Shown: piece after piece, positions 31,835-41,701 of the stretch
Layout: every line of letters starts with the position of its first letter
Numbering within the stretch: the first letter of the stretch is position 1
From: Fibrobacteria bacterium
GTDB taxonomy: Bacteria; Fibrobacterota; Fibrobacteria; UBA11236
Assembly (NCBI GenBank): GCA_043745805.1
Contig: JAYTSD010000044.1
Coordinates: 40,537 to 104,536 of the forward strand
DNA: 64,000 nucleotides
Direction of reading: 5' to 3'
Program-made: the position numbers and the translations under genes
The notes under the pieces: generated by a model
Told to the model about the DNA's origin: nothing
The model's database searches: none
The model's input: only the letters and a program-made list of their open reading frames with translations

Positions 31835-32149
31835 ATGCTCGAAAAGAATTGGCCAAAACCTCTAAAAGATAAAAAAGCCAAGATTTTTGCTTTTACTCCA
31901 TATTTCCTTAAATCGCGTTCAAAACCTGGTCATGTTGAACAATTGATTGCAATTGAAGCAATATCAAATGCGATTTATTATGAAGAACAAAGGATCGATC
32001 GAGAAATTCGACATAGTATTATTGGAACGTCTAAAAAATTTCCAGATAAATTTATTCGTGTAATTTTATTGGACGATTTCATCACCATCCATAATGCCTT
32101 TTTTGATAGAGGTATTCGAAAAAAAATTGGGAGACAAAATGATTTTTGA
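31835..32149 (+). CDS. Small protein, putative toxin of a type II TA-like pair
   Basis: C-terminal IRVILLDD..TIHNAFFDR; overlaps the DUF2283-like gene. Confidence 0.55.
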   Translation: MLEKNWPKPLKDKKAKIFAFTPYFLKSRSKPGHVEQLIAIEAISNAIYYEEQRIDREIRHSIIGTSKKFPDKFIRVILLDDFITIHNAFFDRGIRKKIGRQNDF

Positions 32150-32381
32150 ATATACTCCAGAGACAGACACTCTTTATATACAGTTCAAAAAAAATAAAAA
32201 TGTCGAAGGTGAAAATATAAATAACCGAACGGTAGGGTATTTTACAGATAAAAACGAATTATCTGCTATCGAAATCGAACATGCGAAAAAGGCAGTAGAT
32301 TTAAAAACAATAGAAATTAATGGCAAAGTAATTGATTGGTCAAAAGCATTGACTTCTGCTAAGAGCAAGAAGAAGAAATAA
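32139..32381 (+). CDS. DUF2283-like protein (putative antitoxin)
   Basis: MIFEYTPETDTLYIQF...AIEIEHA. Confidence 0.75.
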   Translation: MIFEYTPETDTLYIQFKKNKNVEGENINNRTVGYFTDKNELSAIEIEHAKKAVDLKTIEINGKVIDWSKALTSAKSKKKK

Positions 32382-32397
32382 CACTTATACCAATAAT

Positions 32398-32799
32398 TTA
32401 TTTCAGCGCGGCAGTAAAATCTTTTAACCCAAGCATTGTCGTAATTTCAACTTGATGCGGCTTCAATAGCTCCATATCATATTTTCCATATACGGTAGAT
32501 TTACCGCTGAAGATTAAAGTTCTTACTTCCCAATCAATATGAAAATGTCCACCGCCTTGTATCTTCCAGCCAGGGGATAAAATTTTGCATTTGGGTCCAG
32601 TTTGCATTTCTACTTCTGCGTGATTTTCTTTACCTAAATACAATTCCACAATATGCGCATGAAAAGGCGTTAGCGCCAAAGGCGATAAAATCAAATGCAG
32701 TATTTTTCCTTGATTGAGCAAAACAAATTTTCCCGCGCAATCATTATCGCCTGCTATAAAATCGATATAGGATTTGGCAATGAAAACGGCTTCGGTCAT
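32398..32799 (-). CDS. Hypothetical protein resembling the PHPT1/Janus-Ocnus family
   Basis: GKFVLL, FHAHI, GGG, SGKSTVYG motifs in the PHPT1 order. Confidence 0.55.
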   Translation of the reverse strand: MTEAVFIAKSYIDFIAGDNDCAGKFVLLNQGKILHLILSPLALTPFHAHIVELYLGKENHAEVEMQTGPKCKILSPGWKIQGGGHFHIDWEVRTLIFSGKSTVYGKYDMELLKPHQVEITTMLGLKDFTAALK

Positions 32800-32808
32800 A
32801 GAGGCAAT

Positions 32809-34245
32809 TTAGGGTTGGGCTACAATAGCCGCAATAATTTGCGAAGTGGACAAGCCAGGAATTTTTTCCACGATATGAATGTTACCGCCAAATTTTTTAA
32901 CGGTTTCGGCTTCGATACATTGTTCACCGTATTCCGATCCGTTGACATGCACAGTCGGTTGAACTTCTGCTAAAAAAGGCATAGGTACATCTTCGTCGAA
33001 GATATGTACAAAATCTACGGCGCGTAAAGCCAATAGCATTTGCGCGCGATATTGTTCAGGAATTAAAGGACGAGATTCACCTTTATAACGTTTCACTGAA
33101 GCATCGCTATTTATTCCCACTAATAAAACATCGCCTTGACGTTTGGCTTCTTCTAAAATATGTAAATGCCCCGCATGTAAAAGATCAAATGATCCATTGA
33201 GGGTAACAATTTTTTTCTCATTGGCCTTTTGTGTTTTGGACCATGGTGAAAGTTCATCCCGTGTAAGCAACCTTTTATGAGCGGACGTATAATGCAGCAA
33301 TTCATCGCGTGTAAGTGTAGCGGTGCCTAATTTGCCCACGACTACACCTGCAGCTTGATTCGCAATAAGCACGGCTTCTTGATCTTTGCAGCCACTGGCT
33401 TTGGCTAAGGCAAAGGCAGCCACCACCGTATCGCCCGCGCCACTCACATCAAATACTTCTTTAGCAACCGTGGGCACATTAAAATTATTTTCTTTTTGCT
33501 TAGGAAAAAAACTTATACCTTTGGGTCCAAGCGTAAGTAGTATGGAGCTATTTAACTCTTTTCTTAAAGCGTCACCGTTAGCAATGATTTTATCTGTGGT
33601 AGCTGAGCTTTCGATTTGGCCGAGCAAGCCTTGGCTTTCTTTCCAGTTGGGAGTAAGATAATCGGCATTTTTATAAAAGTGAAAATGTTGCGGACGTGGA
33701 TCGATAATCACTTGTTTGTTTTGCACATGCACTGCTGCAATTATTTTCTTTACCAAATCTTGCGTGAAAAATCCTTTAGCATAATCCGACACCACCACCA
33801 TACTCGCAAGCGGAAGTTGTTGGGAAAACATTTCGAATATTCGCGCTTCCGTACTTTCATTGATAGTATGCGTTTCTTCATAATCGAGTCGCAATAACTG
33901 TTGCCGCGCTCCCACGAGGCGAGTTTTTTTAATAGTAGGTCGGCCATCATGAATAGGAATGGTTTGAATACCAAGGTTCTTGGCTAATTGCAAAAATTCT
34001 CGGCCATTATCATCCTCGCCGAGCAAACCCATGAGTAAAACTTTTCCACCTAGCGAAGCAATATTCGCTGCCGTATTGGCTGCGCCACCTAAAACTTTGA
34101 GTGCGGCTTGCACTTTTAAAATAGGTACCGGAGCTTCGGGTGATAAACGTGAGCAATCACCGGTTAAATATTCATCAATGAAAACATCCCCCAAAACCAA
34201 AAGCGTTTGTTCGGGAAAATGCGAGAGAATTTTTTCGAGGTTCAT
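32809..34245 (-). CDS. hldE: Bifunctional heptose-7-phosphate kinase / heptose-1-phosphate adenylyltransferase
   Basis: SPEAPVP, DVSGAGDT, NGSFDLLHAGH, STSQII. Confidence 0.95.
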   Translation of the reverse strand: MNLEKILSHFPEQTLLVLGDVFIDEYLTGDCSRLSPEAPVPILKVQAALKVLGGAANTAANIASLGGKVLLMGLLGEDDNGREFLQLAKNLGIQTIPIHDGRPTIKKTRLVGARQQLLRLDYEETHTINESTEARIFEMFSQQLPLASMVVVSDYAKGFFTQDLVKKIIAAVHVQNKQVIIDPRPQHFHFYKNADYLTPNWKESQGLLGQIESSATTDKIIANGDALRKELNSSILLTLGPKGISFFPKQKENNFNVPTVAKEVFDVSGAGDTVVAAFALAKASGCKDQEAVLIANQAAGVVVGKLGTATLTRDELLHYTSAHKRLLTRDELSPWSKTQKANEKKIVTLNGSFDLLHAGHLHILEEAKRQGDVLLVGINSDASVKRYKGESRPLIPEQYRAQMLLALRAVDFVHIFDEDVPMPFLAEVQPTVHVNGSEYGEQCIEAETVKKFGGNIHIVEKIPGLSTSQIIAAIVAQP

Positions 34246-34349
34246 AGATAAATCCTAATTTGATCCAAGCAATGTAATAAGCTAAAGCTTATCACAGAAG
34301 TTTAAAGCTATTTCAAAAAAATCATTTCTTCTTGTCCTTCTCTAGTATG

Positions 34350-34380
34350 AAAAAACGTCCTCGTTGCCAAGGACGTTTTT
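34350..34380. terminator. Intrinsic terminator, possibly bidirectional
   Basis: AAAAACGTCCT-N8-AGGACGTTTTT. Confidence 0.75.
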
Positions 34381-34418
34381 CGGGGGTGGGGGAGAAGATT
34401 TTTATTTGAGATATATTT

Positions 34419-35276
34419 TTAAGCAGCTATGGCTAATTCGCGTGTTTCTTCCATGGAACGTAAATTGCCTAAAGCTTTTTCTTTGATTTGGCGTACACGT
34501 TCTTTGGATAAACCGATGACTTCACCAATTTCTTCTAAGTTCAATGCTTCATGATAATTAATGCCGAAATACATGCTCAGTACTTGGCGTTCTTGATCAT
34601 TTAGTTTGCCGAGCAAAGAAGTGATATAAGCGTGATGAGATTTTTGCGTAGTGATTTCATCAGGTCTTTCGGTATGTGTGTCTTCGATAATATCCATCAC
34701 CGAAGATCCGTCTTCTTTATTTAAAGGATCATCGAGTGAGGAATGACGTAAACCCATTTCCATGATTTTTTCGATTTGGCGTCCAGAATACCCCATTTTT
34801 TTTCCTAAAGCATCCGTATCTACCAAGGTGCCGCCACCCACAGTTTGGCGCATAGGAATATTGTGTTTAGAAAAACGACGAAGAATTAATTCCTTTTCCG
34901 CTGAGATACGCACCATACGCGCTCTTTCGGCAATCGCACGGGTAATGGCTTGACGAATCCACCATACGGCATAAGAAATGAATTTGAGTTTGCGAGTCAC
35001 ATCAAAGCGTTTGGCGGCTTCGATTAAACCAATATTGCCTTCATTAATCAGTTCAGGAAGCGAGAAGCCCTGATTTTTGTACATAAAAGCCACATTAATC
35101 ACAAATTTTAAATTTCCGCAAACCAATTTATTAATGGCTCGGGTATCCCCGGCTTTAATGCGTAGGAGTAATTCCACTTCTTGGCTTTTGGTCAAAAGAG
35201 GATATTTACTGATGTCTTTGATATATTGATAGTAGAGCGAAGCTCCATCCCATGATTCTGTAGCTGAATGTGTCAT
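34419..35276 (-). CDS. Sigma-70 family factor, second RpoD-like paralog
   Basis: NLKFVINV, ELINEGNIGL, KFISYAVWWIRQ, SKERVRQI. Confidence 0.92.
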   Translation of the reverse strand: MTHSATESWDGASLYYQYIKDISKYPLLTKSQEVELLLRIKAGDTRAINKLVCGNLKFVINVAFMYKNQGFSLPELINEGNIGLIEAAKRFDVTRKLKFISYAVWWIRQAITRAIAERARMVRISAEKELILRRFSKHNIPMRQTVGGGTLVDTDALGKKMGYSGRQIEKIMEMGLRHSSLDDPLNKEDGSSVMDIIEDTHTERPDEITTQKSHHAYITSLLGKLNDQERQVLSMYFGINYHEALNLEEIGEVIGLSKERVRQIKEKALGNLRSMEETRELAIAA

Positions 35277-35502
35277 AAGGTTCCTTTCCTTGTGCTATGT
35301 ATCTATAATAGCAGATGCTGAAAGGGCATGTGTCACGCTTATGTCATGGCTACGCACTTTTTAATGCCGCTTAATGTCGTAAAAATGCAAGGGATTGATT
35401 TATCTCGTGCTACATCGTCTCTAGGCATTGCAGGGTGGGGAAAATTTCCTAGTTTTCCCCTACTTTCTTGGAGCGAGTCCAAGGTTTTTTTATGGAGCAT
35501 TT

Positions 35503-37821
35503 GTGAATTACGTAGAGATTATAGCAGCCGAAACGAAAATTAGACCCGAATTTGTGCGCAATACTTTGACCCTTTTTGATCAAGGTTCCACTGTTCCCTT
35601 TATTACGCGTTATCGGAAAGAGGTAACCGGATCGATGGATGAAAATCAAATTCGACAAGTGGAAGAATTATACGCTTATCATAAAGAATTAGATGAACGT
35701 CGCACTGCGATTTTAAAAAGCATTGAAGCTCAAGGTAAGTTAACGCCTGAGTTGAAAAGTAAAATCGAAAAAAGCATGGTTAAAACTGAGCTGGAAGATT
35801 TGTATTTGCCTTTCAAACCCAAGCGTCGCACACGCGCCATGGCCGCCAAGGAATTGGGCTTGGAACCTTTGGCTCGTTTATTCGAAGCACAAGAGCATAC
35901 CACACAAACAGCCGAACAATTGGCTGCGCCTTTTGTACGTCCTGAATTACATATCGCTGATGCAGCGGCTGCGATATCAGGGGCTTTAGATATACTCGCT
36001 GAAGAGTTTTCGGAAAATGCCGAAATGCGTAGTTGGTTACGTGATAATGCCATGAAAAAAGGTTTGTTAACTTGCAAGGTTACTAAAGCTTTTGAAGGCA
36101 AGCGTTCCAAATTTGAAATGTATTATGAATTTAAAGAGAAGGTCAGTGAATTACCTTCGCATCGTATTTTGGCCATTCGTCGCGGCGAAAAAGAAGAAGT
36201 TTTAAAAAGCGATCTTATGTTGGAAGACGAAAAAAACCTCAGCTACTTTGAGAGTAAAATTATTAAATCCGGATCGCCTTTCGCCGCTGAATTTAAAAAG
36301 ATGCTCAAAGACGGTTATGAACGTTTACTCAAGCCTAGTATTGAAACTGAAGTGCGCTTAGCCCTTAAAGAAAAAGGCGAAGCGGAAGCTTATGTCGTAT
36401 TCGGCAAAAATATGCGCGATGTTTTATTGGCCGCTCCTGCGGGTCCAAAAGTAATTATGGGCGTAGATCCTGGTTTCCGCTCCGGTGTGAAATTAGCCAT
36501 TATTGACGGCACCGGTAAGTTTTTGGAAGCACGTACCATTTATCCAATGCCTCCACAACAACAATTAGAAGCGTCGCAAACTATTTTGTTGGCCATGGTG
36601 GAAAGTTTTAAAGTGGACATTATTGCTATTGGTAATGGCACCGCTTCACGCGAAACCGAAGAATTCATAGGTAACGCCATTGCTACCTTAGAAAATCCAC
36701 CTATTAAAGTAGTAGTTAGCGAAGCCGGCGCTTCGGTTTATTCGGTAGCTCCTGTGGCACAGAAAGAATTTCCAACCTTAGATCCTACTATTCGCAGTGC
36801 TATTTCCATTGGTCGCCGTATACAAGATGCATTGGCCGAATTGGTGAAAATCGATCCCAAGTCCATTGGCGTGGGTCAATATCAACATGATGTGAATCAA
36901 AATGAATTGAAACGCAAATTGGAACATGTGGTGGAATCTTGCGTGAACTCGGTGGGCGTGGACGTTAACTCCGCTTCCGAATCCTTGTTGGCTTATATTG
37001 CCGGCGTGAATAAATCCTTAGCGAAAAATATTGTAGAGTATCGTAATGCGAATGGTCCATTTGCTTCGCGTTCGAGCTTAGTGAAAGTGCCTTTGTTTGG
37101 GCCTAAAGCTTTTGAACAAGCCGCGGGATTTTTGCGCGTACAAGGATCCGAAAATGTTTTAGACGCTTCGGCTGTGCATCCTGAACGTTATGAATTGGTG
37201 AAAAAGATATGCGAAGATTTATCCGTTTCCATTAAAGAAATTATTGGTAATAAAGAATTAATTGGCAAAATCGAAATCAATAAATTTGTCAGCGATGAAG
37301 TAGGCTTACCTACTTTGAATGATATTTTATCCGAATTGGAAAAACCTAGCCGCGATCCACGCGCCCAATTCACTTATGCGAAGTTTGATGCCAAAGTACA
37401 AGATCTTAAGGATTTAGTGCCAGGCACTTGGATGGAAGGCATGGTTACTAATGTGACTAATTTTGGAGCCTTTATAGATATTGGCGTGCATCAAGATGGC
37501 TTGGTACATATTTCCGAAATTGCCGATAAGTTTGTTGATGATGCCAAAAAAATAGTGTCAACGGGCGATATTGTGCAAGTGCGCGTATTGGAAGTAGATG
37601 CACAACAAAAACGCATTTCGCTTTCTATGAAAAAGGAAAGTGCCACGGATGCAGCGCAAAAACCAGGCGCTAAAAAAGTGGATCCTAAAAAGAAAAATGG
37701 TCCAAAAAAATTAGCCACGGTGGATCAATTGCTCAATAAATTTGGCGGTGGTGTTGAGAAGAAGTCTAATAATGTTAAACTTCAATTCTCGGTAAAATCG
37801 CTAATGCGTTCAGGTCGATAA
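35503..37821 (+). CDS. tex: Tex family RNA-binding protein
   Basis: TVPFITRYRKE, DPGFRSG, SIGVGQYQHD, C-terminal S1 domain; GTG start after GGAG. Confidence 0.95.
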   Translation: MNYVEIIAAETKIRPEFVRNTLTLFDQGSTVPFITRYRKEVTGSMDENQIRQVEELYAYHKELDERRTAILKSIEAQGKLTPELKSKIEKSMVKTELEDLYLPFKPKRRTRAMAAKELGLEPLARLFEAQEHTTQTAEQLAAPFVRPELHIADAAAAISGALDILAEEFSENAEMRSWLRDNAMKKGLLTCKVTKAFEGKRSKFEMYYEFKEKVSELPSHRILAIRRGEKEEVLKSDLMLEDEKNLSYFESKIIKSGSPFAAEFKKMLKDGYERLLKPSIETEVRLALKEKGEAEAYVVFGKNMRDVLLAAPAGPKVIMGVDPGFRSGVKLAIIDGTGKFLEARTIYPMPPQQQLEASQTILLAMVESFKVDIIAIGNGTASRETEEFIGNAIATLENPPIKVVVSEAGASVYSVAPVAQKEFPTLDPTIRSAISIGRRIQDALAELVKIDPKSIGVGQYQHDVNQNELKRKLEHVVESCVNSVGVDVNSASESLLAYIAGVNKSLAKNIVEYRNANGPFASRSSLVKVPLFGPKAFEQAAGFLRVQGSENVLDASAVHPERYELVKKICEDLSVSIKEIIGNKELIGKIEINKFVSDEVGLPTLNDILSELEKPSRDPRAQFTYAKFDAKVQDLKDLVPGTWMEGMVTNVTNFGAFIDIGVHQDGLVHISEIADKFVDDAKKIVSTGDIVQVRVLEVDAQQKRISLSMKKESATDAAQKPGAKKVDPKKKNGPKKLATVDQLLNKFGGGVEKKSNNVKLQFSVKSLMRSGR

Positions 37822-37907
37822 TCCCTAATTGGGGAATTATTATCATCTAAAATCAGGATTGGGCATTGCCACAAAGGCCCTTCCTGATTAACTTTCCAAA
37901 AAAATTT

Positions 37908-37981
37908 GGCGGCTTAGCTCAGGTGGTTAGAGCAGCGGAATCATAATCCGCTTGTCCGGGGTTCAAGTCCCTGAGCCGCTA
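37908..37981 (+). tRNA. tRNA-Met(CAT), probably elongator; CCA not encoded
   Basis: Cloverleaf GGCGGCT/AGCCGCT-A; anticodon arm GCGGA-ATCATAA-TCCGC; GTTCAA T-loop. Confidence 0.92.
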
Positions 37982-38006
37982 ATTTTTCATCCTCTACTAT
38001 TTCCCC

Positions 38007-39182
38007 TTACAATTTATCTTCGGGTACGTCCGCGCTATAATCTACACCGAGAATTCCAAAACCAAAGAGTTTTAAAAATTCATCGCGGTAACCTTTAGCA
38101 TCGCTGAGCTGGGCTAGGTTTTCTGTAGCTACAGTTTGCCAAAGATTTTTCACTTCGGCCTGTACATCTTCACGCATTTCCCATTCATCCATACGAATGC
38201 GGCCTTCGGCATCGACGGGAATAGTTTTGCCGGTAAAAACTTTATCTTGGAACATTCTTTGCATTTGTTCTAAGCAGCCTTCATGGACATTTTTTTCTTT
38301 CATGATTTTATACAATAAGCTGATATAAAGCGGCATAAAAGGAATGGCTGAACTGGCTTGAGTCACAAGCGCTTTGTTTACCGATACGTAAGCATTGCCA
38401 CCGGTAGCGGCTAATTTTTTTTGTAAACGCAAAGCAGTGGCTTCGAGATGCGCTTTCGCTGAACCAATAGTTCCATGGCGATAAACCGCATGGGTAACTT
38501 CGGGGCCAATATAAGAATAGGCTATGGTCAAGGCATTAGGAGCCAATAAATTAGCGGCTTGCAAGGCATCGATCCACATTTCCCAATCTTCACCACCCAT
38601 CACATCAATGGTTTGGCTAATTTCTTCGGCTGTTGCGGGTTCAATCGTGATATTACTCACAATACCTGAATTGAAATCCAAAGTTTTATTGGTATAAGGA
38701 ATATCTTTAGGCTTTAATACGGATTTGGACACTAAACCGGTTTTGGGATGTTGTCGACGAGGCGCAGCAAGACTGTAGATAACCAAGTCCACTTGGCCCA
38801 AATCGGTTTTAATGGTTTCCAAAGTCAGATTTTTGATTTCGTCGGTAAACGCATCGCCATTAATACTTTTGGCATATAAACCTTCGGCATTAGCAATTTT
38901 ATCGAAGGAAACGCTTTGATACCAGCCTGGAGAAGCAAGGCGACCCTTTTCGGAAGGGCGTTCATAAAAAACACCGAGCGTTTTGGATCCTGCGCCAAAT
39001 GCATTGACGATGCGGCTGGAAAGCCCGTAGCCCGTAGAGGCGCCAATGATCAAGCAGTTTTTGGCCCCAGAAATTTCTCCATGTTTTTTGACATAGTCGA
39101 TTTGCTGGCGAATTTGTGCTTCGCAGCCAATGGGGTGGGATGTGGTACAAATAAAGCCACGAATTTTGGGTTCAATAATCAT
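38007..39182 (-). CDS. fabV: Enoyl-ACP reductase FabV / trans-2-enoyl-CoA reductase
   Basis: GASTGYG, YSLAAP, VMGGEDW, YRHGTIGSAK, FGF. Confidence 0.95.
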   Translation of the reverse strand: MIIEPKIRGFICTTSHPIGCEAQIRQQIDYVKKHGEISGAKNCLIIGASTGYGLSSRIVNAFGAGSKTLGVFYERPSEKGRLASPGWYQSVSFDKIANAEGLYAKSINGDAFTDEIKNLTLETIKTDLGQVDLVIYSLAAPRRQHPKTGLVSKSVLKPKDIPYTNKTLDFNSGIVSNITIEPATAEEISQTIDVMGGEDWEMWIDALQAANLLAPNALTIAYSYIGPEVTHAVYRHGTIGSAKAHLEATALRLQKKLAATGGNAYVSVNKALVTQASSAIPFMPLYISLLYKIMKEKNVHEGCLEQMQRMFQDKVFTGKTIPVDAEGRIRMDEWEMREDVQAEVKNLWQTVATENLAQLSDAKGYRDEFLKLFGFGILGVDYSADVPEDKL

Positions 39183-39308
39183 AAGAGTCCTCAGCCAACC
39201 AATCGGCTTTATGTGCAAGGGAAATTTAAATTCGGGGGGGTTGATTTCCAATGCGCAGTTGTATTGCTTTTATGTTAAATTTAAAAGATTTTAGAGGCGA
39301 GCGGAATT

Positions 39309-40427
39309 ATGAAATTCGAAGTGCAAAAATCAATCTTTCTCGATGCCCTACAAATGGCCAACAGTGCAATACCTAGCAAATCTACTTTGCAAATACTCTA
39401 TAATTTATTGTTGCGTCTAAACGGTGGTGTTTTAGAAATAGTTGCTTCGGATCTGGATTTGACCATTGCGCAAAAATTGCAGGTAGAAGGCCATCAAGAT
39501 GGCCAAATAGTGCTAAATGCCAAGAAGTTGCTAGAAGTGGTGAAAGAGCTACCCGATTTTCCCGTAATTATAGCTGTGGATGATTATGTCGCTACTATTA
39601 AGAGCGAGGGTGGGTTTCAGTGTAATCTCACCGGATTCGATGCGGCAGAATATCCACTTTTGCCTGAAATCGAACAAGAACAAAATTTGGAGTTAAGTCT
39701 TAAAGACATCAAATTCTTGACTGAGAAAACAACTTTTGCGGTTTCCACGGATTATACGCGCGCAAATTTAACGGGAGTTTATTGGGAATTTAAAGATGGT
39801 GTCACCCAGATGGTTTCTACTGATGGGCATAAATTTGGCAAAGCGAAAATTATGTTACCTGGTAATACGGTCGCTGCGGGCGTTATTTTACCTCCTAAGG
39901 TTTTGAATCAAGTGTTACGTATGGCGGATGATGAAACGCAAGTCATTCAAATTAAAATAGGGGAAGCGAATGTGCGTTTTAGTACGGATACCATTGATAT
40001 TTATACCAAATTGATTGATGGTCCTTATCCCAGTTTGGATGCGGTAATTCCCAAAGATTTTTCTAAAAAAATGAAAGCGAATCGTGAGCATTTAGCTTCA
40101 GTTATTCGTCGCGTAGCCACCATGTCGAATTCTAAAACACGTATGGTGATTTTTGATTTCAAAGCAGGACAGCTTACCCTGTCGGCGCGGAATCAAGACT
40201 TGGGTGGCGATTCGGAAGAAAGTATTCCCGTGGAATATACGGGTGATGCCATTGAAGTGGGCATTAATGCAAATTATGTACTTGAAGAATTTCGCTTAAT
40301 TCATACCGAAGAGGTTTGGTTTAAATTCAATGGGCCTTTAGGGGCAATAGTAATCGAACCAGTTATTGATCAAGCAAATTATTTCTTTATAGTGATGCCG
40401 CTAAGGGTATTAAAAGAAGCCGCTTAA
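39309..40427 (+). CDS. dnaN: DNA polymerase III beta clamp
   Basis: ASDLD, STDGH, KLIDGPYP, IVMPLR. Confidence 0.96.
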   Translation: MKFEVQKSIFLDALQMANSAIPSKSTLQILYNLLLRLNGGVLEIVASDLDLTIAQKLQVEGHQDGQIVLNAKKLLEVVKELPDFPVIIAVDDYVATIKSEGGFQCNLTGFDAAEYPLLPEIEQEQNLELSLKDIKFLTEKTTFAVSTDYTRANLTGVYWEFKDGVTQMVSTDGHKFGKAKIMLPGNTVAAGVILPPKVLNQVLRMADDETQVIQIKIGEANVRFSTDTIDIYTKLIDGPYPSLDAVIPKDFSKKMKANREHLASVIRRVATMSNSKTRMVIFDFKAGQLTLSARNQDLGGDSEESIPVEYTGDAIEVGINANYVLEEFRLIHTEEVWFKFNGPLGAIVIEPVIDQANYFFIVMPLRVLKEAA

Positions 40428-40488
40428 TAAAGTGCTTAGGAATTCTTATTGGTAACTTTAATGTTACTGATAAGAAGCATATTCTATG

Positions 40489-40875
40489 TTAGTTTTTTGT
40501 CGATAACTCATCGGATAATAAATCTTCCACGCAAGAATAAAATAATTCGAGATTAAAAGGCTTTTCAAAAGTTTTGTTAACTCCTAATAACCTTGCCGTT
40601 TTTAACATGTCCGCCCGATTATGCACTTGTCCACCCGACATGGAAATAATTTTAATATTGGGATTAATGCGCCTAAGGTCACTAATGAGTTCTATACCGT
40701 CTTTTCCCGGCATATAAATATCACAAATAATTAATTCAGGTGAGACTTCATTAAAGCGCGCAAGTCCTTGTATGCCATCATTGGCCATATAAATAAGATG
40801 ACCAAGCGGATCGAGTAAATCCGAAATGAGATCCAAATGTTCTTGTTTATCATCGATCAATAAAATGCTTTTCAT
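40489..40875 (-). CDS. Single-domain response regulator (CheY-like)
   Basis: IDD, CDIYMPGKDG, MSG, KPF. Confidence 0.92.
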   Translation of the reverse strand: MKSILLIDDKQEHLDLISDLLDPLGHLIYMANDGIQGLARFNEVSPELIICDIYMPGKDGIELISDLRRINPNIKIISMSGGQVHNRADMLKTARLLGVNKTFEKPFNLELFYSCVEDLLSDELSTKN

Positions 40876-41041
40876 TTTTGAATAATACCTAAAATCGATT
40901 TTTAAAATCAGACTTAGGCCGAAAATGAATGAATTTTAATGGGAAAATAAAAGAGGAAAAAAGCGCTTATAAATTTTTGTAATAAGAATGTAATAAACTA
41001 AAGAAAGGAGCTAAATCAATAAAAAGCCTGATACAATTGGT

Positions 41042-41701
41042 TTATAAGGCATCCTTTAATTGTTTTCTTCTTTGCGCGACTAAAAAAATATAAATGATAT
41101 CGAAAATAAAAATGAGAATGAACATTAGCTCCAGCAATGCAAAAGGCTCTTTATCCGGTTTTACCGAAGGATAGGCGAAATGCGTGACAATGGAGGCGAT
41201 TCCGGTTCCGAACATTTTTGTCCAAGCACCTGCATAAGAAATACCCTTTAAATCGCGACGATTGAAATAAAAGAAAATAAAAGAAAGCGACATTACCATA
41301 TTCATTAAAAAAGAAATTTCTGTTCCGGTAATGTCATGATAGTCGCGTACGAATAGATAAATTCCAGCGAAACAGGAGAGGATGGTAAAAATAACGATCG
41401 GATAAAAATACTTTTTGATTTCAGGGATAATTTGTTCAGGTCGTCCATAGCGAAATAATTGATAGACAATAAAAGCATCGGGAATGAACCAAGCGCGATA
41501 AAGCCAGGTGCGAGTCATGTTTTTATCCATGTAAATAAAAGAGAATATGAATTCCCAAGAAATATTTAAGCAAATAGCCAGCAAAGGCATACAATAGGTT
41601 TTTTGTTTAAAGCCTAAGCGAATAAAAAGGATATAGCTAACCGTCCATAGTAAGCAATAGGCTACGATTCCGGTCATGATAATGGGATTGTCTGGGCTCA
41701 T
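41042..41701 (-). CDS. Integral membrane terpene-cyclase-like protein (PaxB/Pyr4/XiaH-like)
   Basis: W..SY, MPLLAICLNISWEF, WF..D, W.K..GT, FDIIY; about 7 TM helices. Confidence 0.75.
   Translation of the reverse strand: MSPDNPIIMTGIVAYCLLWTVSYILFIRLGFKQKTYCMPLLAICLNISWEFIFSFIYMDKNMTRTWLYRAWFIPDAFIVYQLFRYGRPEQIIPEIKKYFYPIVIFTILSCFAGIYLFVRDYHDITGTEISFLMNMVMSLSFIFFYFNRRDLKGISYAGAWTKMFGTGIASIVTHFAYPSVKPDKEPFALLELMFILIFIFDIIYIFLVAQRRKQLKDAL

Noticed and set aside
37908..38006. tRNA-anchored genomic island
   Set aside because: fabV ends 25 bp away; no integrase and no duplicated tRNA 3' end seen
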